Source: Thermodesulfobium acidiphilum (GTDB lineage: Bacteria > Thermodesulfobiota > Thermodesulfobiia > Thermodesulfobiales > Thermodesulfobiaceae). Taken from it: 64,000 nucleotides of DNA. Under the pieces are notes generated by a model, which was not told the origin of the DNA, ran no database searches, and saw nothing but the letters and a program-made list of their open reading frames with translations. The position numbers were made by a program, and so were the translations under genes. Below, piece by piece: positions 8,837 through 18,478 of this stretch (the stretch's first letter is position 1; each line of letters opens with the position of its first letter). The DNA is taken from assembly GCF_003057965.1 (NCBI RefSeq), contig NZ_CP020921.1, positions 394,100 through 458,099 on the forward strand, read 5' to 3'.

Positions 8837-10042
8837 GTGAGTTTGTTTGATAGAGCCTCTCTACTTGATTATCCAATATACAGGCTTCAGGGCAAAAGAG
8901 TGTTTGTAAGAGCGGATCTAAACGATCCAGCCGACTCAGAAGGTAATTTGACTGGAGACATGAGGCTCAGGGCAGTGGCTCCCACACTGGCATATTTGTG
9001 TGCTGCAAGGGCAAAGGTGATTCTGGCTTCGCACTTTGGAAGGCCAAAGAACAGAGAAGCGAACTTTTCATTAAAGGGAGTAAGGAAAAGGCTTTCTGAG
9101 ATGCTTGGTTTTAACATAAACTTTATCCCGGAATGTACAGGGAGTGAGTTGGAGGAATTTGTTTTAAACGAATTAAAAGAAGGCGAGATTTTACTGATTG
9201 AAAATCTTAGATTTTGTCCGGGAGAGACAAAAAACGACATGCAATATGCGAGGTTTTTAGCCTCTTTGGGAGACATTTTTGTCCAGGAAGCTTTTGGTGC
9301 ATGCCATAGAGAACACGCTTCAATAGCCTCTTTGCCAAAACTCTTGCCTTCTTTTGCGGGATTTTTACTTGAAAAGGAGGTTATTGCCTTGAGCAAGATT
9401 TTAAAAAGTCCAAAGAGACCTTTTCTTTTAATCTTAGGCGGTAAAAAGGTTTCTGATAAGATAAAGCTTATAAACAATATGATTGAGAAGGTTGACTGTA
9501 TATGTATAGGTGGTGGCATGGCTTTTGCCTTTTTGAGGGCGAATGGATATGATGTGGGCAAGTCCTTTGTGGAAGAGTCTATTGATGACGTAGCGCGCCA
9601 AATACTTTATAAAGCTGGTGAAATGGGAAAGAAGATAGTCTTGCCAATAGACGTTTTGGTGGCAAAGGATATAATAAGTGGTAGTGAGTGTAGACTCGTC
9701 GATGCTCACAGAATACCTGCGGACTGGTATGGAGTTGATATTGGCCCTAAGACTTTGGAGCTTTTCAAGGAAGAAATATTGAAGGCAAAGACTATTTTGT
9801 GGAATGGTCCAATGGGAGTATTTGAGATCCCTGAGTTTTCGTGGGGTTCAAGAGCTATTGCTTTAGCAGTGGCTCTAAGCGAGGCGGTGAGCGTCTGTGG
9901 TGGCGGTGATACATCTGACGTACTTAGGCTAACTAATATGGTCAACTACTTTTCCCACGTTTCTACGGGCGGTGGAGCAGCTTTAAAGTTTTTGGAAGGT
10001 GAAAATTTGCCCGGAATTGACGTCCTCCCTAAAGTAATGTAG
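8837..10042 (+). CDS. pgk: Phosphoglycerate kinase
   Basis: RADLN, SHFGRP, ENLRF, WNGPMGVFE, STGGGA. Confidence 0.95.
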   Translation: MSLFDRASLLDYPIYRLQGKRVFVRADLNDPADSEGNLTGDMRLRAVAPTLAYLCAARAKVILASHFGRPKNREANFSLKGVRKRLSEMLGFNINFIPECTGSELEEFVLNELKEGEILLIENLRFCPGETKNDMQYARFLASLGDIFVQEAFGACHREHASIASLPKLLPSFAGFLLEKEVIALSKILKSPKRPFLLILGGKKVSDKIKLINNMIEKVDCICIGGGMAFAFLRANGYDVGKSFVEESIDDVARQILYKAGEMGKKIVLPIDVLVAKDIISGSECRLVDAHRIPADWYGVDIGPKTLELFKEEILKAKTILWNGPMGVFEIPEFSWGSRAIALAVALSEAVSVCGGGDTSDVLRLTNMVNYFSHVSTGGGAALKFLEGENLPGIDVLPKVM

Positions 10043-10089
10043 GGATTATTTAACTATGAAATAAAATATTTGGAAAGAGGGTAGATCCT

Positions 10090-11061
10090 ATGAAGATAGA
10101 AAAAGGAATAGATCTAAGCAGGTTTATTCTTGAGGAAGAAAGGAAATATCCTAAAGCCTCAGGAACTTTGTCTCGCATACTTATCTCAATAGAAAATGCT
10201 ACCAAGATAATTTCTTCCCATATTAGAAAAGCTGGTCTTGTAGACGTTCTTGGCAAGGTAGGTAGGATAAACGTCCAGGGAGAGGAAGTCCAAAAACTTG
10301 ATGAGTTGGCGAACAACTGGTTAGTTGAGCATCTTGCTTCTACGGGCGACTTCTTTGCTGTTGTATCGGAAGAGATGGAGAAGGCGTTTTTCCCTGAGGG
10401 GGGCAAAGACGGGAAGTATGTAATATGTCTTGATCCTTTGGATGGGTCTTCTAATGTAGATGTAAATATAAGCGTGGGAACGATATTTTCAATTTACAAA
10501 AGGATATCTGACGATGACACATCGTTTCTTCAAGAAGGAAGAAAACAGGTAGCTGCGGGTTATGTAATTTACGGTTCCTCTACAATGCTAGTGTATTCTA
10601 CAGGTAACGGAGTAAACGGTTTTACTCTGGATCCCGGGGTTGGATCGTTTATTTTGTCACACCCAAATATAAGGATACCAGAAAAAGGAAAGATATATGC
10701 TTTTAACGAATCAAATTATAAAAGATGGTCTGATGGTATAAAAAAATATGTCGATATTGTGAAGGAAAAAGGATACACGTTGAGATATGTGGCATCAATG
10801 ATTGCTGACGTTCACAGAACCCTTTTGAAGGGCGGAATATTTGCCTATCCAGCAGATAACGTGAATAAAAATGGAAAGATAAGACTCCTTTATGAAGCAA
10901 ATCCGTTGGGATTTCTGGTAACTCAGGCAGGAGGAATTGCAAGCAACGGTAACTCTAACATCCTTGATGTAAAGCCAGAATCCCTTCATCAGAGGACGCC
11001 TATCTTTATGGGTAGCAAAATGGATATGGAGGAATTTCTTTCTGTAACTAAAGAGAGTTAA
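10090..11061 (+). CDS. fbp: Fructose-1,6-bisphosphatase class I
   Basis: NVQGEEVQKLD, SEE, DPLDGSSN, KIRLLYEANP. Confidence 0.93.
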   Translation: MKIEKGIDLSRFILEEERKYPKASGTLSRILISIENATKIISSHIRKAGLVDVLGKVGRINVQGEEVQKLDELANNWLVEHLASTGDFFAVVSEEMEKAFFPEGGKDGKYVICLDPLDGSSNVDVNISVGTIFSIYKRISDDDTSFLQEGRKQVAAGYVIYGSSTMLVYSTGNGVNGFTLDPGVGSFILSHPNIRIPEKGKIYAFNESNYKRWSDGIKKYVDIVKEKGYTLRYVASMIADVHRTLLKGGIFAYPADNVNKNGKIRLLYEANPLGFLVTQAGGIASNGNSNILDVKPESLHQRTPIFMGSKMDMEEFLSVTKES

Positions 11062-11125
11062 AAAATTAAATTTTAATATTTTTTGATATTATTTATAATA
11101 TAAATTCTCTTTTAAGGAGTTTGAT

Positions 11126-11569
11126 ATGAAGATTTCTATTGCGACTGATCACGGTGCCTTTGAACTAAAAAATAAGATTAAAGATTATTTAATATCAAAA
11201 GGCTATGAAGTTACTGATTTTGGTTGTTTTAGCAACGAAAGTGTAGACTATCCGCCAATTATAGCTAAAGCTGCAAGAGCAGTTTCAATAGGAAAGTGTG
11301 AAAGGGGTATAGTGCTGTGTGGTTCTGGAATAGGTGCATCTATTGTTGCAAACAAGATTAAAGGTATTAGATGTGCCTTGGTTTATGCTCCAGAACTTGC
11401 AAGGCTTTCAAGAGAACACAACAATGCAAATATGATAGCTCTTGGTGGCAGGTTTACTGACTTCGACACTGCTAAAGAGCTTGTGGATATTTTCTTGACT
11501 ACCGAATTTCAGGGCGGAAGACACCTTAGGAGAGTAGAGCAAATTATGGATTTAGAAAAATTTTTATGA
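11126..11569 (+). CDS. rpiB: Ribose-5-phosphate isomerase B
   Basis: DHGA, DYP, CGSGIG, HNNAN, GGRH. Confidence 0.95.
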   Translation: MKISIATDHGAFELKNKIKDYLISKGYEVTDFGCFSNESVDYPPIIAKAARAVSIGKCERGIVLCGSGIGASIVANKIKGIRCALVYAPELARLSREHNNANMIALGGRFTDFDTAKELVDIFLTTEFQGGRHLRRVEQIMDLEKFL

Positions 11570-11584
11570 ATTTTGGAGGCTGCC

Positions 11585-12211
11585 ATGTTAATATCCGGTT
11601 CTATTCTGTCGGCTGATTTTTTAAATTTTGAAAGAAATATAAGAGAATTAGAGCCATATGCTGATGCCTGGCATGTAGACGTTATGGATGGGCACTATGT
11701 GCCCAACATATCTTTTGGACCGCAATTTGCAACTTATTTGGCAAAATGTTCTAAACTTCCCGTGTCCGTTCACCTTATGGTAAAGGAACCAGAAAAGTTT
11801 GTAAGTCTGGTTCCGAAAACCGTAAGAGAAGTAACCTTTCATCAGGAAGCTACCGTTGCACCTGTGAGATTTTGTGCAATGCTAAGGGAGATGAACTTCT
11901 TGCCTGGAATTAGTATTGGGCCAGGAGTGCACGAAAGCTCTATATTTGAGATATTGCCGTTTGTACATCACGTTTTGTTTATGAGTGTTGAGCCAGGATT
12001 CGGTGGACAGTCATTTATTGAACCAGTTTTTGAGAAAATAAATAGGTTAGTCAAACTTTATCCCAATAGAAATTTTGAGATCTGGGTTGATGGGGGCGTG
12101 GATATGTTTTGGGGTGAAAAACTAAAAGAGATTGGTACAGATCTGGTAGTTATGGGTAGTGCCTTTTTTAAGGCCAGGGACCCCGGTGAATTTGGAAAGC
12201 TTAGGGGGTAA
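11585..12211 (+). CDS. rpe: Ribulose-phosphate 3-epimerase
   Basis: SILSADF, HVDVMDGHYVPN, MSVEPGFGGQ, VDGG. Confidence 0.93.
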   Translation: MLISGSILSADFLNFERNIRELEPYADAWHVDVMDGHYVPNISFGPQFATYLAKCSKLPVSVHLMVKEPEKFVSLVPKTVREVTFHQEATVAPVRFCAMLREMNFLPGISIGPGVHESSIFEILPFVHHVLFMSVEPGFGGQSFIEPVFEKINRLVKLYPNRNFEIWVDGGVDMFWGEKLKEIGTDLVVMGSAFFKARDPGEFGKLRG

Positions 12212-12283
12212 GATTGAGTAAACAAAAACAAGGATAGTGTATAATGTAAGAGTTTAAATCCTACGTTAATAGGAGCAAGAAAG

Positions 12284-12367
12284 GTGGAAATATTTTTTAT
12301 ATCGCTCTTTATAGGTCTTATAATCGGTGTAGCGCTATATTTCGTTAGGAATAGAAAAAAGTCTTAG
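12284..12367 (+). CDS. Putative 27-aa single-pass membrane protein
   Basis: GTG start 8 nt after AGGAG, TATAAT at 12240; MEIFFISLFIGLIIGVALYFVRNRKKS (hydrophobic helix with basic tail). Confidence 0.6.
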   Translation: MEIFFISLFIGLIIGVALYFVRNRKKS

Positions 12368-12370
12368 TTA

Positions 12371-13942
12371 TTAGTTAAAGGTTTGGTTTTTCAGATCGAA
12401 AGCTACTTCCTCCTTTTCTATTGGATGATTTATCAAAACGTCCAGTGCCCTTAACACGCTTCCGCTATGAATTGGATTTTTGTCTGCTGAACCCATTAGC
12501 TTTCTAGCATATTCCTCAAGGAAGTATTCGTACTTTATCTCTTGTGGAAAATTTCTTAAGAGTTCCATCATGCTCATAAAGATATATGGTCCAGGTGCTG
12601 AAAGCGGCATATCGAGTAAATATTCTATCTGATCGTATAAACCACTTTCGCTTTCTACTTCAAAGAAACCACCTTTCCCTCTGTTCCAGAACCTATTTAG
12701 AGCCATATCTATTACATTCTTTGATGATTCAAGATATTTTTCTTCTTTAGTTATCTCAAACAATCTTAACAGGCTATATCCAAAATATGCATAATCAGAT
12801 AGTATGCCTGGTTTGGTCTTTGATCTCATGAGATGGGCATTTTGCAGTCTATTATCTAGAAGCATATTAGCAGTTTTCACAGCGCTTTCTAGAAAGTATT
12901 TATCTGACGTGGCAAGATAACTTTCACAGAAAGCCTCTATTACAAGCGAGTTTACATCAGTGTAAATTGATTTATCTACAAATCTTTTTCCCTTTATTTT
13001 AGCGTTGGACGTGTAAAATCCGCCTTCTTCTGATTCGTTTGCAGAAAAATATTTTTTAAATTGATTTATTATATCCTTTAAATCAGAAGCTACAAAGGTT
13101 CTAAAGGCTCTAGAATAAAGCCGTAGTAGTTCTGCATTGTCTGCAGTAGTTTTTTCTTCTCTTACACATTGCCATGCTTCATCGGCGGAGCATCTATAAA
13201 ATCCACCCTCTTCTTTATCGTGGATTTTACCCTTTGCCATATTCCTTAAAACGAGCAAAACTGCCTTTTTTATCTCTTCCTTTGTATCCGTTTGTGTTTC
13301 GTTAACGTATTGATTTACCATTACTTCAAAAAGAGAAGGAAAATAAAATTTCTGATCAAGAGCCAAACTGCCAGAGACATCGTCCCAGTTTTCTAACACT
13401 TCCATTACAGAAAAGTGTATTATGTTGTTATCAATGCCCATTGGTTCTGTGTGAAAGTGCTTTTGGATTAATTCTTCGTTGTTTTTTGAGAGTTCTTCTA
13501 TCTTTTTTCTTGCTTCCTTGAACATACCTAACACTCTTTCAAGGATATCTTTAAAACCTATTTCTTCGTTTGTTTTTCTATACACAAAACCGTAGAATGC
13601 TCTCGCTTCAGGAGTAAGGAATGCTATCAATGGCCATCCAGAGTCTTTCATAATTACCGATATACTTTCCTGGTATCGTCTGTCAACCTCAGGGTGTTCA
13701 TCTCGATCTAAGAGTACAGAAACGAAGTTTTTGTTCAAAAGGTCAGCTATCTGTGGATCTAGAAATATTTCATCAGTTATTTCATGACACTCCTGACACC
13801 ATAGAGCACACGAAACCAAAAAAATTGGTTTATCCTCACTTTTTGCCCTGTCCAGACACTCTTTTGACCATGGATACCAGTCTATAGGATCATCTTTATG
13901 TAATTTCAGGATTTCGCTATCCGTGTTGCCGAGCTTGTTCAT
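12371..13942 (-). CDS. YyaL/DUF255 thioredoxin-domain protein (divergent)
   Basis: PIDWYPW, WCQECH, DRDEHPEVD, GWPL, GGFYRCS..W, EKTTADNA. Confidence 0.8.
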   Translation of the reverse strand: MNKLGNTDSEILKLHKDDPIDWYPWSKECLDRAKSEDKPIFLVSCALWCQECHEITDEIFLDPQIADLLNKNFVSVLLDRDEHPEVDRRYQESISVIMKDSGWPLIAFLTPEARAFYGFVYRKTNEEIGFKDILERVLGMFKEARKKIEELSKNNEELIQKHFHTEPMGIDNNIIHFSVMEVLENWDDVSGSLALDQKFYFPSLFEVMVNQYVNETQTDTKEEIKKAVLLVLRNMAKGKIHDKEEGGFYRCSADEAWQCVREEKTTADNAELLRLYSRAFRTFVASDLKDIINQFKKYFSANESEEGGFYTSNAKIKGKRFVDKSIYTDVNSLVIEAFCESYLATSDKYFLESAVKTANMLLDNRLQNAHLMRSKTKPGILSDYAYFGYSLLRLFEITKEEKYLESSKNVIDMALNRFWNRGKGGFFEVESESGLYDQIEYLLDMPLSAPGPYIFMSMMELLRNFPQEIKYEYFLEEYARKLMGSADKNPIHSGSVLRALDVLINHPIEKEEVAFDLKNQTFN

Positions 13943-14069
13943 TAAATTAGACCTCCAATTATATGGAAAAAATTTTATACAAAATTACATTATACATTAT
14001 TAATAGGATTCTTTATTACGTTGAAAAAATAAAGTCATAATTGTGTCGAAAGACAGTTTGATGTGAAAT

Positions 14070-14363
14070 TTATTTGGTTTTTTCTATATATTTCATAATG
14101 TTTTGGAGTTCTGCGATCTTTTCGTCCACGTCTTTACTATTTACTGCGTTTCTTACGCATCTGTCAATGTGTTTATTTAAGACAGATGTATTAGCCTTTT
14201 TTAGTATAGCTATAATTGCCAGAATCTGGTTTGATATATCTATACAATATCTTTCATCTTCAATCATATTTATTACGCCATCAATGTGTCCTCTGGCAGT
14301 TTTTAGTAATTTGAGAGCATCTTTATGAAATGGTTCTTTTTTGTTAGTATTCGACTTTTTCAA
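14070..14363 (-). CDS. csoR: CsoR-family copper-sensing repressor
   Basis: ARGHIDG..RYCIDISNQ..HIDRC; last gene of the cop operon. Confidence 0.85.
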   Translation of the reverse strand: MKKSNTNKKEPFHKDALKLLKTARGHIDGVINMIEDERYCIDISNQILAIIAILKKANTSVLNKHIDRCVRNAVNSKDVDEKIAELQNIMKYIEKTK

Positions 14364-14550
14364 CCTTATATGCCGTGTCCTCTAAAGATTTTTCCAGCGC
14401 TTCTTTGCTAATATTTTTGGTACTTTTAATGTTTGCAATTTTTGTAGCCAGGTCTACTTCAACCTTTTCAACGCCATCAATTTGAGAAAATAACCTTTCA
14501 ACTGTCTTTTTACAGTGCATGCACGTCATTCCTGAAACGTATACCTTCAT
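14344..14550 (-). CDS. copZ: Copper chaperone (HMA domain)
   Basis: GMTCMHC motif, 68 aa. Confidence 0.88.
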   Translation of the reverse strand: MKVYVSGMTCMHCKKTVERLFSQIDGVEKVEVDLATKIANIKSTKNISKEALEKSLEDTAYKVEKVEY

Positions 14551-14559
14551 TTTTTCACC

Positions 14560-14805
14560 TCAAGACTTTTTAAAAATTTTTTCTAAGTTAGGTTTTTGGT
14601 CCTTGAACGTTCCATAAAAAAATTTATCATTTATAACAGTAATTGGAGCTATTCTGACGCCAAACTTTTTATAGGCTTCATCTGCATTTGAATTAGCTGT
14701 GATATCTATCTCAGTATATTGTATATTATTTTTTTTAAGCCAGTTTTTTACGGCTGCGCAGTCTGGGCATCCAGGCGATGTGTAGATAATAACGTCATCT
14801 TTCAT
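14560..14805 (-). CDS. Glutaredoxin/NrdH-like protein
   Basis: IYTSPGCPDC, APITVI. Confidence 0.85.
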   Translation of the reverse strand: MKDDVIIYTSPGCPDCAAVKNWLKKNNIQYTEIDITANSNADEAYKKFGVRIAPITVINDKFFYGTFKDQKPNLEKIFKKS

Positions 14806-14835
14806 TTTTTTTGCTCCTCTTAAATTTATTTAAAT

Positions 14836-15522
14836 CTACTTATCTAAGACTATAAACTTTCCATACATGCCATGTTGTGCATGTCCTGGTACCTGACATA
14901 TATAATAATATGTTCCGGGTGTATTTGCACTAAATTCTGTGGATCCAGTTGCCAAAAGTTTACTTTGTTTGTCTTCATAAGGTAATGGTCTGATTGCAGA
15001 ATATTGGAATGCTAAGGATATGTTCATCATCACCATATAAGGATATGAAGGTGCGGTGTTTGTAATTATTATCCCATGATACATATCATCATCATTGTTT
15101 ATTAGTTTCAGAGTTACATTGGCATTTTTTCTAACAATAATAGTTGGATTTATTAGATTTCCTACTCCGAACGAATACATTGCATTGTCATTTGGAGAAG
15201 CTATGATGGGTATAACAGGGTTTTGATCGTTAAAGGTGACCGAATTGTTCTTATCGTTAACTGCTACGTTGCCAGTGAGATCTGAAAAACTCTTTAACTG
15301 GTTTGTAGGTATGGTTTGATAGCTACTCTGACCATTGTTATAGCCATACATCATTCCAGGTCCATAACCGTTTCCCGAACCATTTCCTTTTCCATACATC
15401 ATTCCAGGTCCATAACCGTTTGTATATGTGCAAAATCCATTGCTATAAGCATATCCAAAAGCTAATATAAAGACTAAAACCAAAATAAAAATAATTGGCT
15501 TTACAAAACTCCTTTTAAACAT
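14836..15522 (-). CDS. Secreted rusticyanin-like blue copper protein
   Basis: Signal peptide; NPTIIV..INNDDDMYHG; C-terminal YYYICQVPGHAQHGMYG (type-1 Cu Cys/His/Met ligands). Confidence 0.85.
   Translation of the reverse strand: MFKRSFVKPIIFILVLVFILAFGYAYSNGFCTYTNGYGPGMMYGKGNGSGNGYGPGMMYGYNNGQSSYQTIPTNQLKSFSDLTGNVAVNDKNNSVTFNDQNPVIPIIASPNDNAMYSFGVGNLINPTIIVRKNANVTLKLINNDDDMYHGIIITNTAPSYPYMVMMNISLAFQYSAIRPLPYEDKQSKLLATGSTEFSANTPGTYYYICQVPGHAQHGMYGKFIVLDK
15344..15421. repeat. 30-bp direct repeat encoding NGYGPGMMYG twice
   Basis: ccatacatcattccaggtccataaccgttt at 15344-15373 and 15392-15421. Confidence 0.9.
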
Positions 15523-15543
15523 TTTTAACCTCCTAAATATAAT

Positions 15544-17754
15544 TTATATTTTAAAATTTCTAAGCCTAAGGGAGTTTGTAACTACAAAAACTGAGCTTGT
15601 AGCCATTGCTGCCTCGGCTATTACAGGATGAAGCATTCCAAGTGCTGCGAAGGGGATTGCAATAATGTTGTAGAAAAAAGCCCAAAACAGGTTTTGTTTA
15701 ATTTTTTTGAACGTTGCTATAGACAGTTTTATAGATTTAGCTACGCTTATAAGATCATCTGACATTAATGTAATGTTGCTTGCTTCTTTGGCTATATCAG
15801 TTCCAGTTCCTATGGATATTCCTACATCCGATTGTTTTAAAGACGGGGCGTCATTTATTCCATCTCCAACCATTGCCACAACATGGCCTTTCTCTTGAAG
15901 TCTTTTGATGTGTGCTATTTTGTCTTGAGGCAATAGGTTAGCAAAATATTCATCAATGCCAACTTGACCTGCAACATATCTTGCAGTTTCTTCGTTGTCA
16001 CCTGTGAGCATTATTGTTTTTATGCCCATCTTTTTGATTTGATCAATTGCTTCTCTTGCATTCTCTTTTATCTTAAAAGACAAAGCCATAATTCCCAGTA
16101 AACCCTTTTCATCTTCATATGCTATTGCCAGAGTTTTTCCTTCAAATTTTGACTTATCAATGTCTTTTATCCCTGCAATTTTTTCAATAAATTTTGGACT
16201 CCCTACGATGATCTTCTTGTTATTTAAATAGCCTTCTACTCCTAAACCTGGAACTACCTTTACGCTTTGAAAGTCTATTTTCGAAATGTTGTTGTCTTTT
16301 GCAAATTTATTAATTGCAATGCCGATAGGATGTTCGCTATAACTCTCAAGGGAGGCAACAATCTTTATAAATTCCTCTCTATCAATGTTTGACACAATAT
16401 CAGTAATATAGAGTTCTTTGTCTGTAATTGTCCCTGTTTTGTCAAATACTACTATATCTATATCCTTTGCTCTTTCCAAGGCTTCACCTGATCTAATTAG
16501 TATTCCTTTAGATGCTCCTAATCCTAATCCTACCATTAGTGCAGTTGGAGTAGCGAGTCCTAGTGCACAGGGACAGGCTATTACAAGCGTTGCGATTGAA
16601 GCATATAAGGCAGCTGAAATTGTGTTGAGATTAGGATTTACCCAGGGAAGAAAATTCTTTACCCAGAAATTTAATTTGTGTAAATCTGATGGGAACAAGA
16701 TCCAGGCTATAAATGTTAGAATAGCAATAATTATAATCGATGGAACGAAAATTGAAATAACCCTATCAGCAAATGCTTGTACAGGAACTTTAGTGCTCTG
16801 AGCGTCTTCTACTAATTTTGAAATTTTTGATAGGACTGTACTTTCTCCTATTTGTGTAACTCTGACTTTTATTGTGCCAAGTTGATTTATGGTGCCACCA
16901 ATTACTTTATCATTAATTGATTTGGTGACTGGTAGACTTTCTCCAGTTATCATTGACTCGTCTACTGATGTGGTACCCTCAATTATTACTGAATCTGTTG
17001 GAATTTGCTCAGATGGTTTTACCAAAAGAATATCTGAAACCTTCACAAAGTCTATATCTACTGTTTCTATGGAACCGTCTTGTTTTACCAGATTAGCTTT
17101 CTTGGGGCTAAGGTTTAGTAGCTTTTTTATCTCTTCCGATGCTCTCCCCTTTGCTTTGTTTTCCAGGTATTGTCCTATAAGATAAAAGCTGGTGATCATA
17201 GCTCCTACTCCAGAATAATCAGCTATTTTTTGACCAAGCAAATTTAATACTCCTGTTAAATACGAAGACGTTACTCCGAAAAATATTAAAACGTCCATAT
17301 TGGTATTTTTGTGAATCAATGCTTTTATTGCGCTTTTTATAGGATCTATACCTATTATGAAAATCACCGGGAAAGATAGAATAAGGTTTATTAGAATGTG
17401 ATATTTGAATTCAATATTAAAAAACATGTGTAAAAACATAATAAAGCTAAGAGGGATTGTAATAGCCCAGGCATATATCATCTTTAATTTAGCTTTTTTT
17501 ACCTTTTCCAAAAACTCATCGGACTCGTCTCTTTTATTAGCTTTTTCATAGAAGGCTTTGTATCCAGCTTTTTCTACGGCTTCAAAAACATCTTTTTCAT
17601 TAAAATTTTGTGGATCAAATGTTATCAAAGCCTTTTCGCTGGCAAGATTTACTACTGCGCTTTTGACGCCTTTGACTTTCTTAAGAGCCTTTTCCACGTT
17701 CATTGCACAAGAGGCGCAACTCATTCCCTCTATCTTTAAGATTAACTTCTCCAT
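15544..17754 (-). CDS. copA: Cu(I)-exporting P1B-type ATPase
   Basis: GMSCASC, TGES, IACPCALGLATP, DKTGT, SEHP, GDGIND, YN motif. Confidence 0.95.
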   Translation of the reverse strand: MEKLILKIEGMSCASCAMNVEKALKKVKGVKSAVVNLASEKALITFDPQNFNEKDVFEAVEKAGYKAFYEKANKRDESDEFLEKVKKAKLKMIYAWAITIPLSFIMFLHMFFNIEFKYHILINLILSFPVIFIIGIDPIKSAIKALIHKNTNMDVLIFFGVTSSYLTGVLNLLGQKIADYSGVGAMITSFYLIGQYLENKAKGRASEEIKKLLNLSPKKANLVKQDGSIETVDIDFVKVSDILLVKPSEQIPTDSVIIEGTTSVDESMITGESLPVTKSINDKVIGGTINQLGTIKVRVTQIGESTVLSKISKLVEDAQSTKVPVQAFADRVISIFVPSIIIIAILTFIAWILFPSDLHKLNFWVKNFLPWVNPNLNTISAALYASIATLVIACPCALGLATPTALMVGLGLGASKGILIRSGEALERAKDIDIVVFDKTGTITDKELYITDIVSNIDREEFIKIVASLESYSEHPIGIAINKFAKDNNISKIDFQSVKVVPGLGVEGYLNNKKIIVGSPKFIEKIAGIKDIDKSKFEGKTLAIAYEDEKGLLGIMALSFKIKENAREAIDQIKKMGIKTIMLTGDNEETARYVAGQVGIDEYFANLLPQDKIAHIKRLQEKGHVVAMVGDGINDAPSLKQSDVGISIGTGTDIAKEASNITLMSDDLISVAKSIKLSIATFKKIKQNLFWAFFYNIIAIPFAALGMLHPVIAEAAMATSSVFVVTNSLRLRNFKI

Positions 17755-17772
17755 CTGTTTTTGACCTCCTTT

Positions 17773-17829
17773 CCCACCCCATATGGGGTGGGTTATATTA
17801 CATTATAATACTGTATTATTTTTTGTCAA
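17773..17829 (-). promoter_or_regulatory. cop promoter with CsoR-type operator
   Basis: Perfect palindrome CCCACCCCATATGGGGTGGG (17773-17792); minus-strand TTGACA (17824-17829), 16-bp spacer, TATAAT (17802-17807). Confidence 0.85.
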
Positions 17830-18157
17830 ACATTTTAATGATTATTTGCAAAAACTTTGAAAGATTTCAGTTTACTAAAATAGATTGCCGTAAAAATTCT
17901 TGATTTATCAATATGTTGCAGTTATTTATATGGGTTAGCTAAAAAATATTCGTAACACCTCAGGAACAAGCCAGAATAGCAAGAAGAATTTGTATAGCTG
18001 GAATATATATAAGTATTAGTTATCTATCTATATGTAGCTTAATTATAAGCGCATTATTTATTTATTTTAATTTATAATAAGTTATAAGGATATTTAAGCG
18101 CAATTTTTAGACTGTAAATTATAATAAGATTGAGTTAATCAAATACGAGGAGGTTTT

Positions 18158-18379
18158 ATGGCTGAAATAAAGTTTGAAATCATAGAAACATTGGGAACCA
18201 TTTCAGAAAGTCCAAAAGGATGGAAGAAGGATTTAAAACTGGTTAGCTGGAACGATAAGACTGCTAAATATGATATTAGAGAGTGGTCATCCAATTATGA
18301 TAGAATGGGCAAAGGGTTGACTTTTACAAAAGAAGAGTTGATCTCTTTAAGAAATATTTTAAATACACTTGAACTTTAG
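18158..18379 (+). CDS. YdbC/PC4-family ssDNA-binding protein
   Basis: GWKKDLKLVSWN..KYDIREW..MGKGLT; GAGGAGG SD. Confidence 0.9.
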   Translation: MAEIKFEIIETLGTISESPKGWKKDLKLVSWNDKTAKYDIREWSSNYDRMGKGLTFTKEELISLRNILNTLEL

Positions 18380-18478
18380 AAAAGATTAAAATATTTGTGA
18401 GAAATTTTGATTTTTAAATTTAAGTTGACAGACTTTTTCTTTATAACAGGTTTTTGTTAATAATTTCGTAAATTAATT

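Noticed and set aside
8887-9561. 224-aa antisense ORF, and many similar short ORFs in the track
   Set aside because: They are shadows of well-supported genes on the opposite strand or frame, with no SD or motifs.
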